NCBI GenBank assembly: GCA_964019425.1
Contig: OZ025786.1
Coordinates: 434,001 to 498,000, forward strand
Direction: 5' to 3'
Source: Flectonema sp. DT1601
Lineage: Eukaryota
Length of the DNA: 64,000 nt
Shown here: piece by piece, positions 36,776 to 48,158 of the stretch
Numbering within the stretch: the stretch's first letter is position 1
How the letters are laid out: the number at the start of each line of letters is the position of its first letter
The notes under the pieces: model-generated
The model's database searches: none
The model's input: only the letters and a program-made list of their open reading frames with translations
Told to the model about the DNA's origin: nothing
Program-made: the position numbers and the translations under genes

Positions 36776-37618
36776 ATGACCCACAGCCATGCCCGTCAAG
36801 AATGGTGGAAAGAAGGAGCTATTTCACTGGCTACGGGTACTCTTTATGGGGCATCGAACACTCTAACGGGGCATCCGTTAGACACAGTGAAAAGTAAGAT
36901 GCAAGCCCAGTCAGGATACATGTCAGGTGGCATGATAAGTACTATAAAACATATATTTCAGTCAGAAGGTCTGAGAGGTTTTTACAGAGGAGTCATACCA
37001 CCCATGTGGGGGAGTGTAGTTTACAGGTCAATGCAATTCTCTGTTTTTGAATCTGCCTATACAAAATTAGATAATGACACCTATCGAACAACCATACCAG
37101 GAACAGCAGGTATTCAATTGCGTACTATTGCTGCAGCTTTTTTGGGAGCTTCATCCAGAGCAGTTATTGAATCTCCTATTGAATATGTCAAGGTTAGGAG
37201 ACAGACAGGTCATTCTTGGAAACTACGAAACGTTTACGACGGTTTTACATTACAATGGGCTAGAACTTGTCCCATGATGACTATTTACTTTCTTAACGTA
37301 GACTCAATTCGTCGTCATACAAACTTATTTGACTCATCTTATGGACAGTTTCTAGCTAGTGGTGGATCTGCCGCCTTTGGTTTTTGGTGCGTCTGGCCAC
37401 TTGAAACATTAAAGAACCAAGTTCAAGCTGGAACTACCATCCCAGGAATTGAGAAGCCAACAATAGCTCAGAGAGTAAATCACCTTGGGGGAATATCAGG
37501 TCTTTATAGAGGGATCCTACCAGGTACAATTAGTATATTTACGAGGAATGGGGTCGCAATGATCGTTATGCAATGGGCACAGAAAAAAGTAAACGAACTT
37601 GGTATTCGCAGTACATAA
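36776..37618 (+). CDS. Mitochondrial carrier family (SLC25) protein
   Basis: Three PX[DE]XX[KR] signatures: HPLDTVKSKMQ, SPIEYVKVRRQ, WPLETLKNQVQ. Confidence 0.95.
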   Translation: MTHSHARQEWWKEGAISLATGTLYGASNTLTGHPLDTVKSKMQAQSGYMSGGMISTIKHIFQSEGLRGFYRGVIPPMWGSVVYRSMQFSVFESAYTKLDNDTYRTTIPGTAGIQLRTIAAAFLGASSRAVIESPIEYVKVRRQTGHSWKLRNVYDGFTLQWARTCPMMTIYFLNVDSIRRHTNLFDSSYGQFLASGGSAAFGFWCVWPLETLKNQVQAGTTIPGIEKPTIAQRVNHLGGISGLYRGILPGTISIFTRNGVAMIVMQWAQKKVNELGIRST

Positions 37619-37999
37619 ACGAGATCTTATCTACCGAGTGGCTCGGAACGATTAACTTCTCTATATATTCGGTGGAGAAGATCGTACACTTCTGGTTAGT
37701 TTTAGTTTATGTTTCATCAGTTTTTTTTTATCATTAGTACTGTTACTCTTTCCGTTAAAGAGAGTATTAAGCGTGCATTGTTAAACTATGCCGGCAATTT
37801 ACTCCGAATTAAAATCAAAAAAAAAAAAAAAAAAAAACGTTCTCCGATAGTCCGGTTATTGTATTAATGTAAGCAACTACTTTTGTGTGTTTTGTGTTTT
37901 TTTTTCTTTTTTTTTTTTTTTTTTTCCAAAGTTGCTACTCACCTTCAGGATTAACTTTTTATTTTACTTCCCATCAGGTGATCAAAAAAAGTGGTCGCC

Positions 38000-40078
38000 A
38001 TGATAACAACGGATATCAGTGAAACACCGCTGACGGTTGTTGAAACCGCAGATGAAATGGAAGACGGTCGTCCAGCTGTTCACGCAATAGTTCGATTGAT
38101 TAAAGAAAAAGTGGGTGACGTTGAACGACTATCTCTATCATTTAGTAGAGCACAACAGCGAGTTGAAACCAATGAGGGAACTGAACGAGAAGCCCTCTCA
38201 TCAAATGACGATGAAGGAAGAAGTCAATCATTTACAAGCGACCAGGAAGGGAGTGGGAGTGGTGGTGGTAGTGGTGGCGGAGCTCCCTCTGGTAAGGTAA
38301 AACAGATTAGTATGTTAAAGTTAGCAAGAAAAGCCAGAGTCCCCCTAACCAGTCTTCTTGAGTCACTAGCAGACACTGGTGATAAACGTGACGTTCGAGT
38401 CCGTAACATAGAAGACAATGGAACTGGTACTGGCTCTTCAGAGTCTGATGCTCTAATTCAAAAAGCGAGAAGTTCCCCAATTCGGTACGTTGATGTAACA
38501 TTTAATGAAGGAGGTGATGCTCACAGCCCGCTAGCAGCAGAAAGTCGTCCTCAAACTAGTTTAACACCTCCTTGTGGTTTTGGTCTTTTACTTTCACCAT
38601 CGTTGGCATCAAACACAGAGAACGAGGAGAAGAAAGAAGACGCATTTCAAGCCTGGCTGGATGAAAGTCCGAATGCTGGACAAAAGAATGGAAAAGTATC
38701 CGTCGCTGTTGAAATGCCTCCGAAAATGGATCTGGCGGCACAAGCTCTTCTAGTTCTTGATCCAACAACCGGACGTGATGAGAATGCTCCTCCTCAATGG
38801 GTGTTTGCAGTGCCTACTGCTCCGGGGAAGAGTCCAACATTAGAGCAAAGACTGTTCCCAATTCCAAGTGAGGTTTCATCGGTCACAGTTTATTGTGAAA
38901 ATGGTGTACTACCGAGACTTAATTCAAACGAGTCTACCATCCCATCCGCTCTTGTCGTAGTCAGCATTGAGTTATCGAGACCAACTTGGGCATGGGGAAT
39001 ACTTTTTGTAATGTTTTGTTGCAATTCTGTTTCTCAATCAATCGCTACGTACCTGCACCACTTCACTCCTGCTACATCTGTTGCTCTCTGGTGGACCACA
39101 GCTCAGACATTTGGATTTATGTTTCTATTTATTATTACTATGCTACTACACCATTGGGAACCTCATGAAATTGCTCTTCTTAAAGATCCAAAACATGGGG
39201 TTTTACCGCTTGCGATACTCGGTTTGAGTTATGGTGTCTACACAATCTTATGGGTAAATGCTTCAAACGTTGAGGGTGATAATGACGTCACTAAATTGGG
39301 ACCGACGTCTCAATCTGCTGCTTTGGCATCTGTTCACCCAATACTAATACTTTTCTGGAGGATGTTAAGAAGGAAGAATGTATTCACTGGTGAAATAGTT
39401 GGAACTTCATTACTAACAATTGGTATGTTTATGATTGCTTGGCCTAACGGTGAATGGAGTGGAACAGGCTCAGCTGATGGTTTCGGAGGAGGATCAAGTT
39501 TCTTTATTGCTGGTTACATTGTACTAATGAAAATGATAGTATCACAATTACCTTTATCAATAGTACTGTTACTACCTAGTGTTGTTTCATTCTTACTACA
39601 GCTGATTGTTGTTGCTATATCTGGTGATGCAAGTACGATATTCGGATGGGCATCTCATCCAGAATCAAAATGGTGGTTAGCTTTAATGATCTTAAGTACT
39701 GTTTCTTGTGCTTCTCTTGTTCACTGCTTGAGATATTTACATCCGTTGGCTTTGTCAGTTTCTCTCGCAGCTTCAACAATGATTTCACTCTTGTGGAGTA
39801 ACTACGCTTTCCCTGATATGGTTGTCTCTAACGGATTTGGAAGCTCTCCTCTAGCGATGGTTTTGGGTATACTTGTACTACTTGTTGGTTGTATTGCGGT
39901 TATATACTCAGCGGCAGTTCGTCGCCAACATGTTGACATTGAAGTTAGTAATCAGGCTATTAGTAAAAGACAACGTTTAAAAAACAGACTGACATCTTCT
40001 GCACTTCAGAAATCACAAGATACTTATGGGAGTCAGTTGTACGCATCTGCTTCAAAGAATCAAACTGGTGTGGACTAA
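38000..40078 (+). CDS. Multi-pass membrane protein, DMT/EamA-like C-terminal domain
   Basis: Disordered N-half followed by ~10 hydrophobic helices. The family call rests on topology only. Confidence 0.65.
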   Translation: MITTDISETPLTVVETADEMEDGRPAVHAIVRLIKEKVGDVERLSLSFSRAQQRVETNEGTEREALSSNDDEGRSQSFTSDQEGSGSGGGSGGGAPSGKVKQISMLKLARKARVPLTSLLESLADTGDKRDVRVRNIEDNGTGTGSSESDALIQKARSSPIRYVDVTFNEGGDAHSPLAAESRPQTSLTPPCGFGLLLSPSLASNTENEEKKEDAFQAWLDESPNAGQKNGKVSVAVEMPPKMDLAAQALLVLDPTTGRDENAPPQWVFAVPTAPGKSPTLEQRLFPIPSEVSSVTVYCENGVLPRLNSNESTIPSALVVVSIELSRPTWAWGILFVMFCCNSVSQSIATYLHHFTPATSVALWWTTAQTFGFMFLFIITMLLHHWEPHEIALLKDPKHGVLPLAILGLSYGVYTILWVNASNVEGDNDVTKLGPTSQSAALASVHPILILFWRMLRRKNVFTGEIVGTSLLTIGMFMIAWPNGEWSGTGSADGFGGGSSFFIAGYIVLMKMIVSQLPLSIVLLLPSVVSFLLQLIVVAISGDASTIFGWASHPESKWWLALMILSTVSCASLVHCLRYLHPLALSVSLAASTMISLLWSNYAFPDMVVSNGFGSSPLAMVLGILVLLVGCIAVIYSAAVRRQHVDIEVSNQAISKRQRLKNRLTSSALQKSQDTYGSQLYASASKNQTGVD

Positions 40079-40185
40079 TCTTTCTATGAATGAACTAATC
40101 ACTGCTCGGTTATCAATTTGATGTACTCTCTGAACAAGGTGGGTACCAAAATTTTAATTTATTGAGAGCATTTTATATTCGCCAA

Positions 40186-40219
<34 letters not shown>

Positions 40220-40497
40220 AAATATTTATTTTATGATTTCTCGAACATATTAGCTGAAAATACTACAGCACGCCATAGCATACGGATTGCTTCTACAAGT
40301 TTCAAGTTAGAGTGTTCTATTGGTATCACTGTTTTGGTCAGGTTTTTTTTTCAATCTCCCAAATTCCTTTTCCCGTTGTTTCCCCAGTCGCTGTCGCTGT
40401 CGTTGTCGTTGTTGTTGTCGTTTTTTTTTTTTTTTGCTGGTTTTGAGCCAGAGGCAAGTTTATTAAGCTGTGTTTTTTCCAATTTTTTTTTTTTTTT

Positions 40498-40597
40498 TTT
40501 TGTACTACAAACCTATTGTTCGGTAGAAAAAGAAAATTATGGCAGCGTAAACTAACCTATTCCTTTATTAGGATTTTGTACCGATTGCGCACAAAAA
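40498..40597. repeat. Short dispersed MITE-like repeat, copy 2
   Basis: Homologous to 6930-7030. Internal inverted match tcggtagaaaa / ttttgtaccga. Confidence 0.75.
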
Positions 40598-42115
40598 AAG
40601 ATTTTTTTTTTTGATTCTGAATTCCACAAAAGTAGAAGTGGTGTTACGGACCTGCTTTATGTTCAGACCTCCTTATCTATTGTGACAATAGTAGTAGGAG
40701 TTAACACTGTTCTTTTTGAGACCACAGGTCCGTAAAGAACTTGTGGAAACAGGTAGATCGTTACTATCAAGTTCGAGGACAACATATGCTGCGGTTCGAC
40801 CGGACTACTGGTCTCTGCAGTTTCTTGAGAATTTATAGTCACCGCCAAGGGTTCGCTACTTTCCTCGACATGTTTTTCGATGAAAACTGATTGCTGAACA
40901 CATGAAGGGACCACCTTTCCCTGTTGGATGCTATGTTTCAGTTATTCAAGCCTTACCCTCCCACTCTGTATTCGGTTTATACTTATACTTATCCTTTTCC
41001 ATTCTTTCGCTTTTCTTTTCATTTGGTTACGAGATTTCGCTGCTTCGTCTCACGAGTAAAAGGTTTTTTATTTTCTTTTTGTTTCTTTTCTAACTGGTTT
41101 TATATTATTTTCTTTTTAAACCATCTCTTGATGGCGACGGTGTGGTTCTTTTCTTGAGTTTGACGGCTTCCTTCGGTACAGCCTGATGGTACAGCCTGAT
41201 TCAGGAGAAGAATAAGTGGAAAGTTTCTCTTCTCGTTCTGAGCTAACCTTTTTTTTGTTGATTGCCAGTCGCTTTGGTTCTCCGGGTATTTGGTCCCCAA
41301 CATATTCTTATTATGTTTTGTATTGCGTGACTGTTTTTTTTTTTTTGAAAAATAATATAATTTTTCTCAATATTGAATACGAGTGTTTTTTTTTTTTTTT
41401 TTTTTTTTGGGTTTGACAGAACTTACTTTTACGCGTGTTAGCTTCAGGTTATTTTATCTTTTAAGAATTCATCGACCTTTTCATGTGCGAGTCAGTTAGT
41501 CGCTGGCTTTTTTAATAATTGATGAAGAAAGGTGAATGGGAAAAAAAAAAAAAAAAAAAAAAAAAAAGCAATAAAAGAGGACTGTGAACTCCGTGTGTCT
41601 ACCACGTTGTATGTGTGCGCGCATTTTAGCGAAGGAAACAACTAAAAAAACAGCATCGTTGTCTGCTTTTGGTGTTTCACAAGGAAAATTGTGATGTGTC
41701 ATGGTGATATGTTCTCAAAAAAAAAAACGAATTTATGAAAAAAAAAAAAAGTGAATGTGCACACGCAAAAGGTTAATATGACATTAGCTTTCCCTCTGTT
41801 TCTGAAATGACATTCATGGTCGTAAGCAACAGAAGGAAAAATAATTAACTGTTTTTCTTAGCTCACTTGTCTGTCAACTCTCTGTTAACCTCGCAACTGT
41901 AGTTGTTTGAGAACATAAAACATTAAAAAAAAAAAAAAAAAAACGATTATCAGTGACTTCAGTTCAGAGATCCAACAGACGAGTATTTCACAATTTAATT
42001 AAAATTATTACTTTCAACAATCAGATGAAAGGTTTGCTGAATGTCATAGCCATTGGTTATCTCATCATCTTCACGTATTTAATTATTAAACAGGAAGGGT
42101 TAAGGTAAAGTAAGA

Positions 42116-44755
42116 ATGCAGGGATTCACATTTGGAGATCAACACACTGATGGTACATCCCAAACGGGTAGCGTTCGACGTGTTCCTGGATCAATAGCAA
42201 GAGATATAGCTGAAGAGGCTTTTTCTCACACTGTTTCAATGGAAATGGGAACTGCAGAAGACGTCCTACGCGATTGGAAAACACATCCTCGATTGACATT
42301 AGAGTGGGGACATTTACAACTACTGAAGGGGATGCTGAATGGTGCTGGGGATAGTTTTCAAACTGGAATTACTTTTTATATCTTAGCAGCTGAGAATGCG
42401 GAGGGGATTGAAACTATTCATCAGAGCGGATCACCACAAGATGAAATCAGCCCCCTCGACGTCTGGGCGAAGACAACATCTCAACAATGGTGTAGAACTG
42501 ATACATCGAGTCCAGTTAAATCAACACCTCTTAGAGCGTTATCGAGTTCCAGATGTTGTTGTTTTGATGATACTCCAAAAAGACGAGTTTCAAAGTGTCC
42601 TCATGATGATGCAGCAGAAAGAATCCTATCTGAAACTGTAAATCAAAAACTATCCCAAGATACTTTACGAGACGCTATCGTTAACCAAAGTCACTTTACA
42701 CTTGATGGCAGCAAAGAAGCTGCTCGCGTTGAAGATCTTTCGAACAGCATTAGTACCACTTTCCTTTCAGATTGTGAAACCACATTAACAACAAAAGATA
42801 AAGAATTAACAATTCTCTCTGCAGAGGGACGAATTCTCGCAGCGCTTCTCCAGCTTAAGAGCCTCGAATATAAAGCTGCGGCTACCAACCTTAGATTGGC
42901 ATGGGCTGCTATACAACCGTTGAGAAATCTATTACTGCAGCAAATAAAGACTGGAATTGACAGCGGACTAGCGGAATACATAGAAGATGATATAAAGCTT
43001 ATTGTTGGAATAGTTCAGTGTGCAGCAGTAGAGTTTCCTGATGGATTACGAAAAGCCTTAGGCAGCATTGCAAGTTTAGCACCAAAAGGTGGACCAGAAG
43101 AAGGTGAAGCTCAGTATCTACTTGAGTTATTTAGCTCTGGTTCTCACAGAGCTCTTCATTCAGGTATTGCTATGGTTATCAGAGAATTATCTCGACCCAG
43201 TAAAGGAACCGTCTCAGACGAGGATCAAGTCTTGCAAGCTTTACTATTACGGCATCCGAATTCTACTTTATTTCATATCATGTGTTCCCTTCAAAGACGT
43301 CGACATGGTGATCCCCAGGGAGCATTTGATGCCTTGGAAGCTGCGAAACGATCATGGCTTAACCCTGGTGTATCTTGGACTGCAGGTAGAATAGCAAATT
43401 CAAAACTACCGGCGCTTCTCACGATGGTGGCTGCGGATACTAATTTTGCTGCTCTTCAATATAAAGAAGCTTCAAGGCTATATAGACAAGTCATAGATCA
43501 AGCGACTATCACTGGTATGCCTTTTGAATTTCACGGAAGAGCAGCACTTCGCTTAGCCGGAGCCATGACCATGATGGGATTACAGAAATGGCCTTCAGAG
43601 CCTTGGTCAAATGCTGATGAATGGACGCTAAAAACCGTCATCGCTGCTCAATCAAACCGTCAAGAAGAAGAAACAATTGCGAGTGTTGCTGCTAGGTATG
43701 CTCACCATTCGTATCTTCGACCGCTGTTGCCGTTTTGGTTGTTATTTTTGATGGGGGATTTGGAAGCTCTCGGCCCAACACAACAAGTTGAAATTGAGAG
43801 ATTGCTATTAAAACTGGCTCATAGAAACCCAGCTCCTCCACCTGTTGAAGACTTCCTCGCATTCAGTGAAGGCCGTGCCCTGCATCGATTACTGTTGGGA
43901 GCGGCAATCCGAGATAAGGATCCGGAAATGGCGAAGCAATTATGGACTACAACACTTCTTGACAGTAACGTTCCGAATACATCGATAGCTATAGCGTACA
44001 CTCAATGTCTGTTAGCAGAAGAAGAAATAAAAATACCTCACAGAAGACATCTCGGCATTCGAATGTTAGTTGACGGCAGTCAGTTAGCAGGTGATTACAG
44101 TACTGAGTTGAGACTTCGATTTGGAGCTGGACTGCAGTCTGTTCCTCTTGAAGACTTAGTAGGATTACTTCCTCAGTCATGGATTATAGTTTTAGGTTCT
44201 CTTGATAATCAATCAGAAATAGAAACAGAACATGGAACCTCTCAGCAATCACAGAATGCAAATATTCCTATCCACAGACAGCCTAGTGGTGCTACTGCTT
44301 CACTTTGGTTAGGTCCTGTTATGAAACAAAGAGATGCTATGAAAGGAATGGTTTCAACAATGTTAGGTAAATTACAAGATACCTCAATATTGAAATGGAA
44401 AACTCCTCCTGAGACTGACTGTAATCCATTGGAAGGAGCTACTTCTGTCATGGCTTGGAGTAAATCTCAATCAAGACGATCATCACGAAGAGACTCTCGC
44501 AGAGATTCAAGAATTTCAAGTCGCGACTCTCGTAGATCAAGTAAGGACTCAAGAAGATCAAGTAAAGATTCAATCCGAAGAGAAACACGAAGAGACTCTC
44601 GCAGAGATTCACGTATCTCAGAACGCCGCTTGAGTCGCTCTTCAAGAAGAAACTCCACAATTACAACTCGCCGAAGATCTGTTTCAAAACAACTAAAGCT
44701 ACCTGACCACAGCACTACTACTCTATTAGAAGCAGTACAAGATGCTTTGGAGTAG
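42116..44755 (+). CDS. TPR-like (TTC39/IML2-like) protein with Arg/Ser/Asp-rich tail
   Basis: RHPNSTLFHIM..RRHGDPQGAFDALEAA recalls TTC39/IML2. C-terminal SRRDSRR repeats. Confidence 0.55.
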   Translation: MQGFTFGDQHTDGTSQTGSVRRVPGSIARDIAEEAFSHTVSMEMGTAEDVLRDWKTHPRLTLEWGHLQLLKGMLNGAGDSFQTGITFYILAAENAEGIETIHQSGSPQDEISPLDVWAKTTSQQWCRTDTSSPVKSTPLRALSSSRCCCFDDTPKRRVSKCPHDDAAERILSETVNQKLSQDTLRDAIVNQSHFTLDGSKEAARVEDLSNSISTTFLSDCETTLTTKDKELTILSAEGRILAALLQLKSLEYKAAATNLRLAWAAIQPLRNLLLQQIKTGIDSGLAEYIEDDIKLIVGIVQCAAVEFPDGLRKALGSIASLAPKGGPEEGEAQYLLELFSSGSHRALHSGIAMVIRELSRPSKGTVSDEDQVLQALLLRHPNSTLFHIMCSLQRRRHGDPQGAFDALEAAKRSWLNPGVSWTAGRIANSKLPALLTMVAADTNFAALQYKEASRLYRQVIDQATITGMPFEFHGRAALRLAGAMTMMGLQKWPSEPWSNADEWTLKTVIAAQSNRQEEETIASVAARYAHHSYLRPLLPFWLLFLMGDLEALGPTQQVEIERLLLKLAHRNPAPPPVEDFLAFSEGRALHRLLLGAAIRDKDPEMAKQLWTTTLLDSNVPNTSIAIAYTQCLLAEEEIKIPHRRHLGIRMLVDGSQLAGDYSTELRLRFGAGLQSVPLEDLVGLLPQSWIIVLGSLDNQSEIETEHGTSQQSQNANIPIHRQPSGATASLWLGPVMKQRDAMKGMVSTMLGKLQDTSILKWKTPPETDCNPLEGATSVMAWSKSQSRRSSRRDSRRDSRISSRDSRRSSKDSRRSSKDSIRRETRRDSRRDSRISERRLSRSSRRNSTITTRRRSVSKQLKLPDHSTTTLLEAVQDALE

Positions 44756-44874
44756 TGTCGTTGTATTTATATTATGTCTTGTCCTTATGATATTTAATTG
44801 TATTGTATACTTATGATTGGTGGAAACTTTTTTATTTTATTCATTACACACCTTTACTACCACAGGGTGACGTT

Positions 44875-47739
44875 ATGGCAGTTCCTGACTGTGGTGGTTT
44901 GGGTCCGGCAGCGATAGCAGCTGCTCGGATGTCGGATGATGTCGATGCGGAAATTGAAAGCAATTCAATACTTAAAATTGACAACAGAGTTAGTTCTCCA
45001 TTTCAGGCACACCATCACAGGTCTACACAGAGTTTGGTAGCAGCATCAGTAAGAGAGACTTCCAGAGAGAAAAAACGAGTACCTCCAATTGCCTACGACA
45101 GTTATTCTCCATCCTTACCAACACCTCAGGAGTTTACACCGAGCCCGTCGCTTTCTTTTTACGCTACTGATGTTAAGTTATTAAAGCGTCCAGGGACATC
45201 TTTAGATTGTTGTCTTACTCCAAGTAGTCCACAGAGATTAAGACTCAACCAGACTCCAGTACGTCCTTACAGCGCACAAGGTATTAGAAATCAACATGAA
45301 TGGAATCATGGATTAGGAGAACACTCTGCCTTAAGAGCTGAATCTAAACAAAAATGCCAGCCTAGGAGACCAAAGACGGCAACGCCAACACCGCCAAAGC
45401 GGTTGGGGATGGCTACTGTTTCTTCGGGTAAGAAATATGAAAGGAGTAGGAGAAAAGCTGCTCCGGTAAAACCAGCTGTGAATTTAACTAAAAACTGTGG
45501 TCTCCCGATGACTGATAAACACATGTCGAGGTTAATATTTGATAATATTCGCAAAAGTATCGTCGAAGAACGCGAGTCATTCGAAAGCACATCATGTTGC
45601 TACGACACAGTTCTGGAACACGTTCGGGTTTTAACTGATGGTGATGAACTTCCTAGTAATTTGTTAACTTCTACTGCTTGTCTGTTGTTGTCAAGTATGG
45701 GACAGTTATTTTCAAGATTTCAGGGAATTTACTCAAAACTATTATCCATAATGTTTCAATCTATTTTCATTGATTACACTGAAAATACGAAACCAGAATC
45801 CTTCGCAGTTCTTTCAACGTATTCAGAAATAGCGAAAACCCTCCAGCAAGAACGAGACGAAACCGAGGCCAAGTCAGAAAGAGCACAGATGGCTAACAAA
45901 GCAGTTAGTGGTATCATCTTAAGCTGTTCAAAGAGATGGCAAGAACTCACTGTTGCTCTGATATTCAAGACCTGGAAAAGGTGTGCTGTCGAACAAAAAC
46001 ACCAAATTCGTACAATCTCTGAGTGTCTACAACACGGAAAGAATCGACGAGCGAAACAAAACGCTTTTTCAGAATGGAAAACTCTCACTATTGTAAAGAA
46101 GAATAGAAACTACGTACAGGACTCAAGTCGCAACACCACTGTATTAACGCAGTGGTTGGAAGATTCGAAGAAGCAAATATCTGCTAAGGAGCGAGAGATA
46201 CAAAAATTACGCGGCGCAAAGGTACTAAATAAACAAAAGACTGACGCTCTAACAGAAATGTTGGCTGGAGAGAGGAAAGAGAATTCTCGACTGCGAACTA
46301 AATTACGAGACGTAGACGCTCAGCTCACTAATTTGTTAGACATCGTTAGCTCAACTTTTTGTGAGCTTCGCAGAAGGCATGTTGACGTACTCTCGGGAAG
46401 CGACTCCGACATTTCTAAATTAGAAAAAATAAAGGAAGTTGCTTCCATCACATCCTCGTGTGGTAATACATTCCCATCACCTGCTCAGTGTGGAACTATT
46501 GCTTGTGAAACACCAGACGCCTTTTTAAAGCATTGGGCTAGTTCTGTATCAGGTAGACCTCTCGAAGAGAACCTTTCTGTACAAACTCTAAAACAGTTGC
46601 TCTGTGAAATGAGTAAAGGTACCTCAACACCATTAACTCAAGTTGAAAGTGCTCAGGAAACAGTCCTCGCCCTTCGACAGTTTGGTGTTTGTGGAAGTTA
46701 CACAGCACTCGATATTCAAAAATTATCGGATGAGAATCAAACAATGTTACTAAGTCTGGCTGGATCATTATTCCAACGAAATATTTCTGGTGATCTCAAT
46801 GAAGGAGAACCTTCTGAAAGAACGCCAGCGAGACTACCGAGAGACAGACTTGAGATTGGAGAAGTAATGCAATTGAGGAATTCACTGCTTTCAGACATGG
46901 AAGACCACCGCGTGATGAAACAAATTGGATGGGCTATTCATTCTTACAGCAACTCAATAAGAACTGACCAAGTACGATTAACATCACAAGGATTTAATAA
47001 TCCTGAGATCTTTACAATTCCAAGTACAATGTTTGATTCTATGACTCTCTTAGTAAATACAAAACTTAGAAGACAGTTATCTGAGGATTTGAGAAGTGAA
47101 GTAATCAGCACACACCTCAGAACATCACATAAACATACCTATAGAGTCTATCTGTGGTATAGGTTGCTTGAGAAAAGTTTTAATAGTCAGGTGTGGGTAT
47201 TCTTTTGTGATACTCTTCAGATTCAAGATGAACGTGTGAGTGAAGTGTACTTTGAACTACTTGGTAAGGAAGTACTGATGTCTTATCGTGGATTCTTAGC
47301 TTCTCTTGTCGTAGTCGCAAATTATGAAAACGGAACAACATTTGCAAACCGTTGGGGAATTCTTGTTAATCGTTTAGGTTACTGTCCGTATCTTGACTTT
47401 GATCAAATAATATTCTCTCTAAGTGATAAGGTAGCCTTAAAACTTGTATCAGAATCCCCTTTTACTAAACGACTGATGTCCAGTCCAATTACAGAAGAGT
47501 TGCTATTCTCAGCTTTTGATATGTTGAAGCTGCCGGTGTCACGTGCTGCTGTTTGTGTTTTGTTGAATCTCATTCTACACCCGACGATATCGCCATCCTC
47601 ACCATCAGATCTACCAGGACAGCCTCTTAGTGCTAAACATATTCCATCTTTAGTGGTTGGGGTTGCTATACTTGTAGTTCCTGATCCATGTTTATCGACT
47701 AGTCAAAGAGTTATTAAATTTCTGTCTAATATAAATTAG
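44875..47739 (+). CDS. Hypothetical protein with central coiled coil
   Basis: ~954-aa uninterrupted ORF. The ATG follows a pyrimidine-rich AG. Confidence 0.75.
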   Translation: MAVPDCGGLGPAAIAAARMSDDVDAEIESNSILKIDNRVSSPFQAHHHRSTQSLVAASVRETSREKKRVPPIAYDSYSPSLPTPQEFTPSPSLSFYATDVKLLKRPGTSLDCCLTPSSPQRLRLNQTPVRPYSAQGIRNQHEWNHGLGEHSALRAESKQKCQPRRPKTATPTPPKRLGMATVSSGKKYERSRRKAAPVKPAVNLTKNCGLPMTDKHMSRLIFDNIRKSIVEERESFESTSCCYDTVLEHVRVLTDGDELPSNLLTSTACLLLSSMGQLFSRFQGIYSKLLSIMFQSIFIDYTENTKPESFAVLSTYSEIAKTLQQERDETEAKSERAQMANKAVSGIILSCSKRWQELTVALIFKTWKRCAVEQKHQIRTISECLQHGKNRRAKQNAFSEWKTLTIVKKNRNYVQDSSRNTTVLTQWLEDSKKQISAKEREIQKLRGAKVLNKQKTDALTEMLAGERKENSRLRTKLRDVDAQLTNLLDIVSSTFCELRRRHVDVLSGSDSDISKLEKIKEVASITSSCGNTFPSPAQCGTIACETPDAFLKHWASSVSGRPLEENLSVQTLKQLLCEMSKGTSTPLTQVESAQETVLALRQFGVCGSYTALDIQKLSDENQTMLLSLAGSLFQRNISGDLNEGEPSERTPARLPRDRLEIGEVMQLRNSLLSDMEDHRVMKQIGWAIHSYSNSIRTDQVRLTSQGFNNPEIFTIPSTMFDSMTLLVNTKLRRQLSEDLRSEVISTHLRTSHKHTYRVYLWYRLLEKSFNSQVWVFFCDTLQIQDERVSEVYFELLGKEVLMSYRGFLASLVVVANYENGTTFANRWGILVNRLGYCPYLDFDQIIFSLSDKVALKLVSESPFTKRLMSSPITEELLFSAFDMLKLPVSRAAVCVLLNLILHPTISPSSPSDLPGQPLSAKHIPSLVVGVAILVVPDPCLSTSQRVIKFLSNIN

Positions 47740-47874
47740 CTTGTACTCGGTTTTATTCTTACCTCTCTCTGTCTCCTTTTCTTTTTTCTCTTTTCTTTCT
47801 CCCACTGATGGAACACAAACTCTTTGGATTTCTGATAATCATTCTTTCAGTAATCTAATCTTCCTAATGTGATC

Positions 47875-47945
47875 CATTTACTCTGAGACTTGCATGGCTT
47901 AATCCTTGAAACAAGCATATGACTATTGGCAGGATCAACCAAGTT
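47875..47945 (-). pseudogene. SSU (18S) rRNA 5'-end fragment
   Basis: Reverse complement AACTTGGTTGATCCTGCCAATAGTCATATGCTTGTTTCAAGGATTAAGCCATGCAAGTCTCAG is the conserved eukaryotic 18S 5' terminus. Confidence 0.93.
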
Positions 47946-48060
47946 TCTTGTTACTCTAACCAACAGGGAGTACCCGAAAGTTGAAAGCATCAAGACGCTG
48001 GTTGAGAAGGTAATTAAGTTATCGAGAATCGTTCTTTCGGTACCAATTTGGTGATGTGAA

Positions 48061-48146
48061 TTCTTATTTAATATTTGAATTTAATATGTGACCCCCCCCT
48101 CTGTTCTTATTTAATATTTCAATTTAATATGTGACCCCCCCCTCTG
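48061..48146 (+). repeat. Two tandem 43-bp units at the 5' boundary of the retroelement
   Basis: ttcttatttaatattt(g/c)aatttaatatgtgacccccccctctg x2, one mismatch. Confidence 0.92.
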
Positions 48147-48158
48147 AATAAAAAAACA

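Noticed and set aside
41177..41201. 13-bp tandem duplication gtacagcctgat(g)
   Set aside because: Too short and isolated to interpret; likely slippage.
44470..44650. SRRDSRR repeats as a separate repeat element
   Set aside because: In-frame low-complexity tail of the 42116-44755 CDS.
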